Shown here piece after piece: positions 31,759 to 42,270 of a stretch of DNA of 64,000 nt. The position numbers were made by a program, and so were the translations under genes. The DNA is from Pseudomonadales bacterium (GTDB lineage Bacteria; Pseudomonadota; Gammaproteobacteria; Pseudomonadales; JAUIET01). The stretch spans positions 20,108 through 84,107 of the forward strand of contig JBBKXJ010000018.1 in the NCBI GenBank assembly GCA_037969395.1, in the 5' to 3' direction. How positions within the stretch are numbered: position 1 is the first letter of the stretch; each line of letters begins with the position of its first letter. The notes under the pieces are model-generated. The model was not told the origin of the DNA. It worked only from the letters and a program-made list of their open reading frames with translations, and ran no database searches.

Positions 31759-31972
31759 GGCGGTTTCCTTGGAAGAAAAAAATAGTGACAGCTTTATTTT
31801 TACACGGTTCTATACTATTAATTTAATGGGATATTAACAAACAATCTAAATCGTCGGTGAGCGGGGCATTTGCACGCAGTGTGAAGGTTCCACGCGCCAA
31901 CTTCCACCCTCTTCAGAGGTTGGGAAAACATTTATCAATAAACAGCGGTTTGCACAACCAACGGGCAGAACA

Positions 31973-32368
31973 ATGGAAGCAAATTTTGAAAGTTTAACAA
32001 TCATGGTCATCGATGACAGCAAGACGATTCGCCGCACGGCGGAAACCTTGCTGAAAAAAGTTGGTTGTACCGTCATTACGGCTATCGATGGTTTCGACGC
32101 GTTGGCGAAAATCGCCGACAGCAAGCCCGATATTATCTTTGTCGACATTATGATGCCGCGTCTGGATGGCTATCAAACCTGTGCGCTGGTGAAGAATAAC
32201 AGCGAATACAAATCCACCCCGGTCATTATGCTTTCCAGCAAAGACGGTTTGTTCGACAAGGCTAAAGGCCGTATCGTCGGGTCGGACCAGTATTTGACCA
32301 AGCCATTTAGCAAGAACGAACTGCTGGGCGCTATTCAAGCCCAGGTTGAGCTCAGGCAAGCAAGCTAA
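31973..32368 (+). CDS. pilG: Twitching motility response regulator PilG (CheY-like)
   Basis: IMVIDDSKTIRRTAETLLKK...IIFVDIMMPRLDGYQTC...LSSKDGLFDKAKGRIVGSDQYLTKPF. Confidence 0.92.
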   Translation: MEANFESLTIMVIDDSKTIRRTAETLLKKVGCTVITAIDGFDALAKIADSKPDIIFVDIMMPRLDGYQTCALVKNNSEYKSTPVIMLSSKDGLFDKAKGRIVGSDQYLTKPFSKNELLGAIQAQVELRQAS

Positions 32369-32407
32369 TTCGCGAATCACGTTCGACTATTGCGTTACGG
32401 AGGTAAC

Positions 32408-32770
32408 ATGGTGCGCGTTCTTGTTGTGGACGATTCTCCAACCGAAACATTTAAGATTTCCAGCATGCTGAGCAAGCATGGCTACGACGTACTAACGGCT
32501 GACAGTGGCGAGCAAGGTGTGAATATTGCTAAAAAAGAACTGCCCGACGTGGTATTGATGGATATCGTCATGCCTGGTCTGAACGGGTTTCAAGCTACTC
32601 GCCAGCTGAGCAAAGGCGACACCACCAGCAAGATACCGGTTGTCATAGTTACCACCAAAGACCAAAAGACCGATAGAGTCTGGGGCGAGCGTCAGGGTGC
32701 CAAAGCTTACCTGACCAAGCCAGTCGACGAAAAGCTGCTGCTGAAAACCATCCAAGAAATGATTGGCTGA
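32408..32770 (+). CDS. pilH: Twitching motility response regulator PilH (CheY-like)
   Basis: ATG 32408 follows GGAGG. MVRVLVVDDSPTE...VVLMDIVMPGLNGFQATRQL...TTKDQKTDRVWGERQGAKAYLTKPV is close to P. aeruginosa PilH as I remember it. Confidence 0.9.
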   Translation: MVRVLVVDDSPTETFKISSMLSKHGYDVLTADSGEQGVNIAKKELPDVVLMDIVMPGLNGFQATRQLSKGDTTSKIPVVIVTTKDQKTDRVWGERQGAKAYLTKPVDEKLLLKTIQEMIG

Positions 32771-32775
32771 GCAGC

Positions 32776-33318
32776 ATGGATATGTCGCATAGCGAACCCT
32801 TTGAATTGCTTCAGCACATTGCCGAATTAAGCACCCGCCATGCGTGTGGTTTGCCCGAGCGGGTGGACGTGCAACCGCTATGGAGCGGAGTGGGCTTTCA
32901 GTTGCGGGGCATGCGTTGTGTCGTACCCATGCAGGAAGTGGCAGAGATGCTGGTGCTTCCGGAATACACACGCATTCCCGGCGTGCAGCCGTGGGTGAAA
33001 GGCGTTGCCAATGTTCGTGGTCGGCTGTTGCCGATGCTTGATCTCGAAGTTTTTTTTGGCGGCCAATTAGATTCGGCGCGCAAGAAGCACCGCGTGCTGG
33101 CATTGGAAATTGGCGATTTTTACTGCGGCGTTATTGTCAACAGCGTGTACGGCATGCAGCATTTTCCGCTGGAAACCTATAGCGAGCAAGCCGGCGGGGA
33201 CGACAGCATTGCGCCTTACAGCAAAGGGTCGTATGAGCACAACGGCAGAAAATGGACTGTGTTCAGTTTGTATGAGTTAGCGCGTGATCCGCAATTTTTC
33301 AACGCGGCCCTGCATTAA
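32776..33318 (+). CDS. pilI: CheW-like coupling protein PilI
   Basis: 180 aa CheW domain (..VPGVQPWVKGVANVRGRLLPMLDLE..), between pilH and pilJ. Confidence 0.85.
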   Translation: MDMSHSEPFELLQHIAELSTRHACGLPERVDVQPLWSGVGFQLRGMRCVVPMQEVAEMLVLPEYTRIPGVQPWVKGVANVRGRLLPMLDLEVFFGGQLDSARKKHRVLALEIGDFYCGVIVNSVYGMQHFPLETYSEQAGGDDSIAPYSKGSYEHNGRKWTVFSLYELARDPQFFNAALH

Positions 33319-33378
33319 TAATTTGCAAGTAACACTATAACTTTTAAGCATCACTATGATTTTCTGGGAGCCCAGAGT

Positions 33379-35439
33379 ATGAACACGAAAAGCGCGAACC
33401 TTGGCAAGTTGCCAATGAGCCCAACCATTATTTTGCTGATCGGGGTATTCCTCGCCGCGACAGCGGCGTTCATCTATACCTTAACGGCGGTGAGTCGTAC
33501 CGCGAGCGAAGACACCAGCTATAAAGAGCTGACATCGGAGCTGCGGGTGTCGGCGCAACAAGTTGCGACCAACTCGCGGCTGGCAATAGCCGGTGACGCC
33601 GAGGCATTTGCCCAGCTTGGCAACGCAAATCAGAACTTTAACCAAGCCGTGCAAACTCTTAAGCAGAGCGATCAGGGTCTGTTGTCTTCCGAGCTGGAAG
33701 ATCTCAGTTCTACCTGGAAGCCAGTCAGCGAAGCGGCCGGCACTATTGTTGCTAACCAGGACCGCGTTCTGTTTTTACACGAAGTCGCCGCAACCTTGAA
33801 CGACTCTATTCCAGAGCTGCAGACTGAGTACAACAACGTCGTTGAAATTCTGCTTGAGCGCCGCGCGCCTTCCGACCAGGTCGCGGTTGCACAGAAGCAA
33901 TCTTGGTTAGCCGAACGGATCGCCAGGAACGTCGACAAAATGTTAGAAGGTGGCAACAGCGCCAACGTGGCGGCCGACCAGTTTAACCTCGACGCCAGCC
34001 TGTTTGGCAGCGTGCTTAACGGCATGTTGAACGGCAACTCGGCGTTGCGCATTAGCCGGGTGACTGATAAAGAGGCACGTTCCAGCCTGGAGGAAATCTC
34101 CAAGCTGTTTGAATTTGTTAGCGGTAGTGTCGACGAGATTTTCCAGGCGTCACCCGACTTGCTGAAAGCCCGTCAGGCGGCCGACACCGTTGTGGTTGGC
34201 GCACCCAAAATCATGACCCAAACCGATACCCTTGCCGACGAAGTCGAGCGGCTTGATGAGCGCCGCTCGATTACGCAAAACACGGTATGGATTTGCGGTG
34301 CCGGCATGCTGCTGACACTGGCTTTGATCGGTTTGCAGATGTTTGTCAACACGCGCAAGCGGCTGGCCGATGCGGCGCGAGACAATGAACAAAATCAGGA
34401 AGCTATTCTGCGCCTGCTGGATGAGATCAGTGACCTGGCCGACGGTGACTTAACCACTACCGCAACGGTAACCGAGGACTTTACCGGCGCGATCGCCGAC
34501 TCGGTGAACTATACCATCGGCCAACTGCGAGTTTTGGTGTCGTCTATTAACGACACGGCCGTATCAGTATCCACATCGGCGGAAGCCAATCAAAAAGCGG
34601 CGCTGAGTCTGGCCGATGCATCAGAAAATCAGGCCCAGGAAATCGCCGGCGCATCAGCGGCGGTTAACGAGATGGCCGTGACCATCGACCAGGTATCTTC
34701 GAACGCGGCCGAGTCGGCTGCAGTAGCGGAGCGCTCGGTGAAAATCGCCAGCTCGGGTGGCCAGGTGGTACGTAATACCATCACCGGCATGGACAATATA
34801 CGCGAGCAAATTCAGGAAACCTCAAAACGTATTAAACGTCTGGGTGAGAGCTCGCAGGAAATTGGCGACATCGTCTCGCTGATTAACGACATTGCCGACC
34901 AGACCAACATTCTGGCACTGAACGCTGCTATTCAGGCGTCGATGGCCGGCGACGCAGGCCGCGGCTTCGCGGTAGTTGCCGATGAGGTACAGCGACTGGC
35001 GGAACGTTCCGGTGCGGCGACCAAGCAGATCGAGGCGCTGGTAAAAACAATTCAAACCGATACCAACGAAGCGGTTATATCGATGGAGCAAACCACGACC
35101 GAAGTGGTGCGCGGTGCGCGCCTTGCGCAAGACGCCGGTGTAGCACTGGAAGAGATCGAAAACGTATCGACCAATCTGGCGGAGTTGATTCAAACCATCT
35201 CCAACGCCTCGCGTCAGCAATCTTCTTCAGCAGGCAACATTTCCAACACCATGAAAGTGATTCAGGAAATCGCCTCGCAGGCATCAACTGGTACTAAAAC
35301 CAGTGCGTCATCTATTGGCGAGCTGGCGGGACTTGCTCACGATATGCGTAACTCGGTCGCCGGCTTCAAATTACCGCAAGACAGCGGCTCAGCGAAATCG
35401 AGCTACAACGCCAAGGACGGCTCCGACTACGGCAGCTAG
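33379..35439 (+). CDS. pilJ: Methyl-accepting chemotaxis protein PilJ
   Basis: 686 aa with an N-terminal TM segment, a periplasmic PilJ-type domain and a second TM. The highly conserved MCP signalling hairpin is [45 protein letters not shown]. Confidence 0.92.
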   Translation: MNTKSANLGKLPMSPTIILLIGVFLAATAAFIYTLTAVSRTASEDTSYKELTSELRVSAQQVATNSRLAIAGDAEAFAQLGNANQNFNQAVQTLKQSDQGLLSSELEDLSSTWKPVSEAAGTIVANQDRVLFLHEVAATLNDSIPELQTEYNNVVEILLERRAPSDQVAVAQKQSWLAERIARNVDKMLEGGNSANVAADQFNLDASLFGSVLNGMLNGNSALRISRVTDKEARSSLEEISKLFEFVSGSVDEIFQASPDLLKARQAADTVVVGAPKIMTQTDTLADEVERLDERRSITQNTVWICGAGMLLTLALIGLQMFVNTRKRLADAARDNEQNQEAILRLLDEISDLADGDLTTTATVTEDFTGAIADSVNYTIGQLRVLVSSINDTAVSVSTSAEANQKAALSLADASENQAQEIAGASAAVNEMAVTIDQVSSNAAESAAVAERSVKIASSGGQVVRNTITGMDNIREQIQETSKRIKRLGESSQEIGDIVSLINDIADQTNILALNAAIQASMAGDAGRGFAVVADEVQRLAERSGAATKQIEALVKTIQTDTNEAVISMEQTTTEVVRGARLAQDAGVALEEIENVSTNLAELIQTISNASRQQSSSAGNISNTMKVIQEIASQASTGTKTSASSIGELAGLAHDMRNSVAGFKLPQDSGSAKSSYNAKDGSDYGS

Positions 35440-35518
35440 TCGAAGTAGTTGAAGCTGGAATATGGAATTTTGATTAGCACCTTGCACTTGTGGCAGCAAC
35501 TTTCGTTGCCCGAGTGCA

Positions 35519-38500
35519 TTGGTCAGCAGAGTAGCGTGGGCACAAATGGATCAAGCGAGAAACAGCATGGCTGAAAAGCTGAATAACGTCGCGTTCGAGT
35601 GGGTTACCAACGAACTGGAAGAGATACTAAGACAGGCGCGTGGAGCGCTTGAAGCTTACGTCACCGACAGTAACGATTCCACTAAGCTGCGCTCTACACT
35701 GACGCACTGTCACCAGATTCACGGCACCTTAAGTATGGTGCAGCTGCACAACCTGGCCGCTATGGCACAGGAAATGGAAGCCGTCGCGCAGGCGCTGGTG
35801 AATCAGTCCACTCCCAACGAACATGCCGCTCTGGAAGTGTTGATGGCGGCACTGCTGCAAATGTCAGCGCTGCTGGACCGAGTCAATCAGATTAAATCCG
35901 ACATAGTTGATGTTGCGCTGGAGCCGATCAAGGTAGAGCTACAGCGTGTGCGTGGCCCTGTTACTGGCGCTGCGCTTGAAACCACAGCCGCTAACGATGT
36001 TAATGGCGAGGCAGCCTTTGCCAACAGGGTCAGCCGCGATGAGTTCGATCAGCTGCTCACTAAGCTGAGCAAAATGTTTCGTGTCGCTGTATTAAATGTG
36101 GTGCGCGACACTGAGACTGATAAAAATATCACCTTCCTGTCGCAAATCGGGCAACGTATTCACAAAATTAGTGAGCACAGCGCGCGCCAAAATTTCTGGC
36201 AGCAGTGTTCGGCTGTTTTTGAGGCTTTGCTGGAAGGATCGCTAACTGTATCGACCAGGCTGAAGCAGCTGCTGGTAGAAATAGACAAAGAAGTGGTCGC
36301 GCTGGCCGAGACCGGACCGAAAGCGCTGGACAGCCACGCCCCCCCACAGCTGAGCAGCGACATTCGCCAGATTCTGGAGCCATGCGAATCGAAACTGGCC
36401 ATGCTGCTCGAGCTGCAAAAGCAATGGGCTAGCGAACTAAAAACTCCACAACAACTCGCGCAAATGGGCCCGGACCGGGACACCATGCGTTCGGTGGTGG
36501 AAGCGCTGCTGGAAGAATTGGGCAGCATCAAGGATTATCTGGATCTATATTTACGCAGCGCCGACCGTGATGATGTCGAACTGCGCCAGGCCTTGCCGGT
36601 GTTCAAGCGCGTTATCGATACGATTTTGATATTGGGTTTGGGCGATGCCCTGCGCATGTTAAAACGGCAGGCAGATACGGTCGAAAACATCAGTAGCGGT
36701 AATCGTCCTGCTGACAGCGAAACCTTAATGGAAGTTGCTGAAAGCATACTCAGCGTCGAGGCGATGCTTAAGGCAACGGTCAGCCAGGACAGTGTCGAGG
36801 TGGCCAGCCAGTCAACCGAGAAAGACCGACAGCTGGCAGCCGCTTACCAGTCGGTTATTCGCGAAGCTCGCGTTGGTATAGAACAGGTTAGAGAAGCGAT
36901 TATTGAATTTATTGCCAATCAGTGGGACCGGGCGCGCTTGCAAAAAGTGCCGGCCATACTGGCTGAGGTGCGCGGCGCCTTATTAATACTGCCTTTAGAA
37001 GAGGCCGTGGCAGCTTTGTCATCTTGCGAGTGGTTTATCTGCGATGAACTGCTGGCGACCGACAACGTACCCGAATGGAAAATGCTCGATACGCTGGCTG
37101 ATTCACTCACTAGCGTCGACTACTATCTCGAACGGCTGGCGGAAGATTCGATCACCGAAAGCGATGCCATTCTTGATGTAGCAATTGAAAGCGTTGCCGA
37201 GCTGGGCTTTCCCGTAACTAATCTCGATCAATGGCAACGCAATCCCGAGTTCTATCAGGATATAAGCGATACCGAGGACGATCATCTTGATATTAGCGAA
37301 TTCATGGTCGCTGATGAAGACGAAGCAGAAGCAACCCCGGTAGCATTGTCCGTGGTCGATGCGCCAGACGCGCCGACGGTTGACGAAGACACACACGCCG
37401 AGGCCACGCCTACGCCGCAAGAGACTGCACCGGAAGCTGTTGCCGACGCGCCGTTCGAAGCCGTCGCGGCAGAGGTTGAAGAACAGCAAGACGACTTGAT
37501 TGACGATGAAATTATCGAGATTTTTATCGAAGAAGCCACCGAAGTGTTCGAAACTCTGGACGAATATTTACCGAAGCTGGTACAGGACGTAGGCGATAAG
37601 GATTCGTTAGCCGAAGTGCGGCGAGCTTTTCACACTTTAAAGGGCAGCGGTCGCATGGTCGGTGCTCTGGATGCGGGCGAGTTCGCGTGGAGTGTAGAGA
37701 ATATGCTCAACCGCGTTACCGAGGGTAGTCAGACGCTGAACGGCGCCCACATAGAGGTGGCAATCCAGGCGCGCGCGGTAATGCCGAGCTTGATCACGGC
37801 ATTTGAGCAGCGCAGTAAAGTCGAATTACCTGCAGTGGTAGCGCTGTCGTCCATCGCAGAAAGTATTGCCGAAGGCGAACCACTTACCGAAGCCGCTGCT
37901 GTACAGGCGCGACTTGAAACGCAGCAACCTGAAGCGACTGAAGAGCCAGTTGCAGCAGCGGCTGACGAGCAATCCGTAACGGCTGAAGTTGCGGAAGAAC
38001 TGCCCACGGCAGTTGAAGAATCACTGCCCGCGATCGACGAGCCCGATACCGACGAATCCGTGGCAGCCAACGCGGTCGATAGCGTCACTATAGAGGAGCC
38101 GTTGGCAGCAGATGTTGCTGACGACAGCGACGACGCTATGGATTTTGTAGTCGACGCTGCTGATATTGAGCTGGAAGATGTCGATGCCGACCCGGACTAC
38201 GACGCCGCGCTATTGGAAATTTTCACCAACGAAGCACAAATCCATCTTGGTCTTATCGATAACTATGTCGCTGAATATCTCACCTCCGGCAAAAACGATG
38301 TGTCGAACGATTTACAGCGCGCATTGCATACCCTGAAAGGCAGCACACAAACGGCTAATGTTGACAGTATTGCGCGTTTTATTATGCCGCTGGAGTCATG
38401 CCTGAAGGATCTGCGCGAAAGAAATCTGCCCCTCAATGATACGTTCGTTGAAGTGTTGGACGACGCCGCAGCCCTGGCTCGCCAGGGGTTGGAACTGCTA

Positions 38501-41500
38501 CCCGAAACGAAAGCCGATGCGATTCCCGGCGTGCAGGGTTTGCTGCAGCGCATACAGCAGCTGCAAACGCAAATTGAACAGGAAGAGCTTGCCGCTAATG
38601 CTGAGGATGATGATACCGATTTCGGTATGTTCCTCGCCGACGGCATGGAAGGCGTGGCGTATGCGCAGCAACTGCTGGCAGAGGCGCAGCAGGGCAACTC
38701 TGTTAGTGATGCCTGTATACGCTCGGCGACCACACTGCGCGCACTTGAGCAAAGTGCGCAGCAGCTAAATCAGGAGACGGTTGAAAAACTTGCCGCTGCC
38801 AACGCGCAAATTTGTGAGCAGGCCGCAGCTGTCGAACAGCTGCCAGAAAACTTCTTTAGCTTGAATGCGCGCTCGCATGACGCCTTGAACGATATGTTCG
38901 ACCGGCTTGCTGCCGGGCAGACACCGGAGCCGGCTAGCGAACTGATCGACGAGCTGCACAGCTTAGATTTAACGCCGACTCATACAGTTGGGCCAGTCGA
39001 TGAAACAATAGAAGCTGAGCCGGTTGCTGACATCGAAGCGAATAGTTTCGAACTTGACGACGACGATCTGATTGAGGTCAGCCTCGATGTTGATTCAGAT
39101 GACGACATGGCCGACTTCGAAATCGGAAACTGGATGGAGGCGCGCGAGACACCGAGCGTCAAAGACGATACGGCAGATGAGGCTAACGCTGCCGCCGCTG
39201 ACATCGACATTGAAATTGAAAGCGCAGATCTCTCCATAGCCATTGACGACGAAGTCGACCTCGACCTCGACCTCGATGCGGCTATGGAAGCAGAGGCTGA
39301 ATTGCTTGCTGCCGCAACCCCCGGTCGCGATGAAATCAGCGCCTATCTCGGCAGCCAGTCTATGGATAACAGCCATAGCGATGAAGAAGACGAAATCAGC
39401 AGTGAAATCATTGAGATCTTCACCGAAGAAGCGGTCGACATACTACAAGGCATCGACGAAAGCGTGCATGCCTGGATTGACGAACCCGAAGACAAACAAC
39501 AGCTCGACGAGTTGCTACGTTTATTGCATACCTTGAAAGGCGGCGCGCGTCTGGCCGATCTGACAGAGCTCGGCGACATAAGCCATGACTGCGAGACTTT
39601 CTTGATCGATGCGCAGCAAAAAAATCGCGAAATCGACACGAAGTTCTTCAAAGAGCTGCAGGTATATGTCGACCAGATTACCAGCAACGTAGACGTATTG
39701 CGTAGCGGCGGTGCAGCCGCTGAGCAACAGCAAACGACTGACAGCGCGTCGACTGATACTAGTCCGCTGCCGGATCGACCCGATAACGTTGTGCCGTTCA
39801 ATCCACCGCAGTCCACCGTCAGCAATCCTTTCCCAGCCGGGTCAGCCGTGGCGAGTTCGACGATCGCTCCCATGAGCGCTGAAGCGAATGCCGTGTTCTC
39901 TTCCGAGGCGAGCAAGCGGGGCGCGCAGGAAGTGGTGCGCGTACCCAGTCAATTACTGGAGAACCTGGTTAACCTGGCCGGCGAGACCAGTATCTCCCGC
40001 GCCCGCGCCGAAGAGCAGGTTAGTGAGTTCGGCTTCTCGCTGGAAGAAATGCAGTCTACCGTCGAACGCCTGCAGGAAAAGCTGCGGCGGTTGGAAATGG
40101 AAACCGAAGCGCAAATTCTGTTTCGTCAGGAACAGGTGGAGCAAGAGGGTTTGCAGGGCTTTGATCCGCTGGAAATGGATCGCTACTCGCACCTACAGAC
40201 GCTGTCGCGCTCATTGATGGAGAGCGCCTCCGATTTGATGGATCTCAAGGGTACGTTAAACGAACGCGCGCGCGATATGGAAACGCTGCTATTGCAGCAG
40301 TCGCGTATCAATACCGATTTGCAGGAAGGGTTGATGCAGTCGCGTATGGTGCCATTTGCGCGTGTCGCGCCGCGGCTGCGCCGCATCGTGCGCCAGGTTA
40401 GCACCGAAGTGAACAAGCAGGTCAATTTTGACATGCTCAACACCGAAGGCGAAATGGATCGCAGCGTGCTGGAGCGCATGCTGCCGCCGCTTGAGCATAT
40501 GCTGCGTAACTCGGTCGACCACGGCATTGAGTCCGAACAACAGCGGCTGGACGCGGGCAAACCGGCGGCTGGTCAAATCACCCTTGGTCTGGTGCGCGAA
40601 GGCAATGAAATCGTGTTGGTGCTGGAAGACGACGGCGCCGGTATCAATTTGGAAAAGGTCCGCAGCAAGGCTATCGACGCTGGCCTGATGGATGCCGAAG
40701 CCGAACTTACGCCGCACGAAGTGCTGCAGTTTATTCTGGAGTCAGGTTTTAGTACGGCCACCGAAGTCACGCAGATTTCCGGTCGTGGTGTGGGACTTGA
40801 CGTCGTTAACAGCGAAATCAAGCAGCTTGGCGGCAGCATGGATATACAGTCGCTGCAGGGGCATGGCACCAAGTTTATTATTCGATTGCCGTTTACCGTG
40901 TCAGTAAACCGTGCGTTGATGGTAACGGTTGCCGGCGACACTTACGCCATACCGCTGAATACCATTGAAGGTATTGTGCGCGTCAGCCCGTTCGAACTGG
41001 AAGCCTACTATCAGCCGGACGCACCGATGTTTGAGTACGCCGGCCAACCGTATTTGCTGCGCTATATCGGCTCGCTGTTGAGAGTGGATGCGCAGCCAAA
41101 TATTCAGTCGCAGGGCTCACCGTTACCAGTCATCCTGGTGCGCGGCAACGATCACTCCATGGCGATTCAGGTAGATGAGCTGCACGGCAGCCGTGAAATC
41201 GTCGTGAAATCGCTAGGTGCTCAGTTTGGCATGGTGCAAGGCGTGTCTGGCGCTACGGTGTTAGGTGACGGCCGCGTTGTGGTTATTCTGGATATGCTTG
41301 CTTTGATTCGCAACGACGCACTGCATATGCATCGTGACGACTTTGTTATAGATCATGTCGAAGACGACATTGATCAGGCGCTGAAGGTCATGGTAGTGGA
41401 TGATTCGGTGACAGTCCGTAAGGTTACCTCACGTTTTCTCGAGCGGCAGGGTATGGATGTTGTCGTCGCTCGCGACGGTGTCGAAGCCATGGCCATGGTA

Positions 41501-41764
41501 CACGACGAACGCCCCGACCTTATGCTGCTGGATATTGAAATGCCGCGCATGGACGGCTTCGAAGTGGCCAATCAAATTCGCCATGATAGTGAGTTGGGCG
41601 ACCTGCCTATCATCATGATAACCTCTCGCACTGGCGATAAGCATCGCGAGCGGGCGATATCCATCGGTGTTAATAATTACTTGGGTAAACCGTACCAGGA
41701 ATTGGAATTGCTTGATGCGATCGCCGATTTGCTCGGCCGCGAACGCCTTGAGCAGCAAGGGTAG
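35519..41764 (+). CDS. chpA: Chemosensory hybrid histidine kinase ChpA/PilL (multi-Hpt, CheA core, CheW-like, C-terminal receiver)
   Basis: 2081-aa ORF from a TTG; ATG 35546 or 35567 are more likely starts. There are three canonical Hpt sites: FHTLKGSGRM, LHTLKGSTQT and LHTLKGGARL. The HATPase has an N box NSVDHGIE, G1 DDGAGI and G2 GRGVGLD. The REC domain is VMVVDDS...LLDIEMPRMDG...GKPY. Confidence 0.92.
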   Translation: MVSRVAWAQMDQARNSMAEKLNNVAFEWVTNELEEILRQARGALEAYVTDSNDSTKLRSTLTHCHQIHGTLSMVQLHNLAAMAQEMEAVAQALVNQSTPNEHAALEVLMAALLQMSALLDRVNQIKSDIVDVALEPIKVELQRVRGPVTGAALETTAANDVNGEAAFANRVSRDEFDQLLTKLSKMFRVAVLNVVRDTETDKNITFLSQIGQRIHKISEHSARQNFWQQCSAVFEALLEGSLTVSTRLKQLLVEIDKEVVALAETGPKALDSHAPPQLSSDIRQILEPCESKLAMLLELQKQWASELKTPQQLAQMGPDRDTMRSVVEALLEELGSIKDYLDLYLRSADRDDVELRQALPVFKRVIDTILILGLGDALRMLKRQADTVENISSGNRPADSETLMEVAESILSVEAMLKATVSQDSVEVASQSTEKDRQLAAAYQSVIREARVGIEQVREAIIEFIANQWDRARLQKVPAILAEVRGALLILPLEEAVAALSSCEWFICDELLATDNVPEWKMLDTLADSLTSVDYYLERLAEDSITESDAILDVAIESVAELGFPVTNLDQWQRNPEFYQDISDTEDDHLDISEFMVADEDEAEATPVALSVVDAPDAPTVDEDTHAEATPTPQETAPEAVADAPFEAVAAEVEEQQDDLIDDEIIEIFIEEATEVFETLDEYLPKLVQDVGDKDSLAEVRRAFHTLKGSGRMVGALDAGEFAWSVENMLNRVTEGSQTLNGAHIEVAIQARAVMPSLITAFEQRSKVELPAVVALSSIAESIAEGEPLTEAAAVQARLETQQPEATEEPVAAAADEQSVTAEVAEELPTAVEESLPAIDEPDTDESVAANAVDSVTIEEPLAADVADDSDDAMDFVVDAADIELEDVDADPDYDAALLEIFTNEAQIHLGLIDNYVAEYLTSGKNDVSNDLQRALHTLKGSTQTANVDSIARFIMPLESCLKDLRERNLPLNDTFVEVLDDAAALARQGLELLPETKADAIPGVQGLLQRIQQLQTQIEQEELAANAEDDDTDFGMFLADGMEGVAYAQQLLAEAQQGNSVSDACIRSATTLRALEQSAQQLNQETVEKLAAANAQICEQAAAVEQLPENFFSLNARSHDALNDMFDRLAAGQTPEPASELIDELHSLDLTPTHTVGPVDETIEAEPVADIEANSFELDDDDLIEVSLDVDSDDDMADFEIGNWMEARETPSVKDDTADEANAAAADIDIEIESADLSIAIDDEVDLDLDLDAAMEAEAELLAAATPGRDEISAYLGSQSMDNSHSDEEDEISSEIIEIFTEEAVDILQGIDESVHAWIDEPEDKQQLDELLRLLHTLKGGARLADLTELGDISHDCETFLIDAQQKNREIDTKFFKELQVYVDQITSNVDVLRSGGAAAEQQQTTDSASTDTSPLPDRPDNVVPFNPPQSTVSNPFPAGSAVASSTIAPMSAEANAVFSSEASKRGAQEVVRVPSQLLENLVNLAGETSISRARAEEQVSEFGFSLEEMQSTVERLQEKLRRLEMETEAQILFRQEQVEQEGLQGFDPLEMDRYSHLQTLSRSLMESASDLMDLKGTLNERARDMETLLLQQSRINTDLQEGLMQSRMVPFARVAPRLRRIVRQVSTEVNKQVNFDMLNTEGEMDRSVLERMLPPLEHMLRNSVDHGIESEQQRLDAGKPAAGQITLGLVREGNEIVLVLEDDGAGINLEKVRSKAIDAGLMDAEAELTPHEVLQFILESGFSTATEVTQISGRGVGLDVVNSEIKQLGGSMDIQSLQGHGTKFIIRLPFTVSVNRALMVTVAGDTYAIPLNTIEGIVRVSPFELEAYYQPDAPMFEYAGQPYLLRYIGSLLRVDAQPNIQSQGSPLPVILVRGNDHSMAIQVDELHGSREIVVKSLGAQFGMVQGVSGATVLGDGRVVVILDMLALIRNDALHMHRDDFVIDHVEDDIDQALKVMVVDDSVTVRKVTSRFLERQGMDVVVARDGVEAMAMVHDERPDLMLLDIEMPRMDGFEVANQIRHDSELGDLPIIMITSRTGDKHRERAISIGVNNYLGKPYQELELLDAIADLLGRERLEQQG

Positions 41765-41790
41765 GCAGCCGGAAAGGCAGGTAAAAAAAT

Positions 41791-42270
41791 ATGGCGAGTA
41801 GCGCGAACTTAAAGCAGACCGTAACGGAACTATCGACGTTTTTAATTCCCGTGACGCGCAAATATTTGCTGTTGCCCAACGTGTCCGTCGCAGAGATTAT
41901 CAGCCATCGACTGCCTCAGCCGATGGACGATGTACCCACCTGGTTCCTTGGTCATCTCGACTGGCGCACCCGGCAGATACCGTTGGTGTCATTTGAAGGG
42001 CTTAATGACGAGCCGTTCCAGTCGAGTAGCGGTCAGCACAGCATCGCCGTATTAAATGGCATCGGCACCTCGGACAAACTGCCCTTTCTGGCGATATTGA
42101 CCCAAAGCGCGCCGCGTATGATGCGCGTTAGCGCGGAAGAGTTAGCAGTTGATAACGAAGCTGAGCTGGGTCCTGCAGAGCTAATGGCGGTGTCGAGCAA
42201 CGGCGAATTGGCAAGTATTCCGAATCTTGAGTTTATTGAGAAGACGATTTTGCAGTTTAGCGAAGGCTAA
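41791..42270 (+). CDS. chpC: CheW-like domain protein (ChpC-like)
   Basis: 159 aa. LIPVTRKYLLLPNVSVAEII...LGHLDWRTRQIPLVSFE is a CheW-type fold, immediately after chpA. Confidence 0.72.
   Translation: MASSANLKQTVTELSTFLIPVTRKYLLLPNVSVAEIISHRLPQPMDDVPTWFLGHLDWRTRQIPLVSFEGLNDEPFQSSSGQHSIAVLNGIGTSDKLPFLAILTQSAPRMMRVSAEELAVDNEAELGPAELMAVSSNGELASIPNLEFIEKTILQFSEG

Noticed and set aside
31846-32148. 100-aa minus-strand ORF spanning the gshB-pilG intergenic region and the pilG 5' end; also 32492..33103 (-, 203 aa) antisense to pilH/pilI
   Set aside because: They overlap strongly supported response-regulator and CheW genes and show no motifs or RBS.
39256-39273. Tandem (GACCTC)x3 inside chpA
   Set aside because: It is in-frame and simply encodes DLDLDL within an acidic linker. 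It is too short and too unique to be a CRISPR or regulatory repeat, and at most a minor slippage-prone site.
35519-41764. Numerous antisense or alternate-frame ORFs inside chpA (for example 39343..39915 -, 38263..38733 -, 37729..38088 -, 40289..40717 -)
   Set aside because: These are shadow ORFs produced by the GC-rich, Ala/Asp/Glu-biased codon usage of chpA. Their translations are Ser/Ala/Cys-rich low-complexity strings with no motifs.
42267-42270. 4-nt overlap of the convergent stop codons of chpC (TAA) and rsmE (TAG on the minus strand) within CTAA
   Set aside because: The overlap is real but a trivial consequence of gene packing, and there is no evidence of function.
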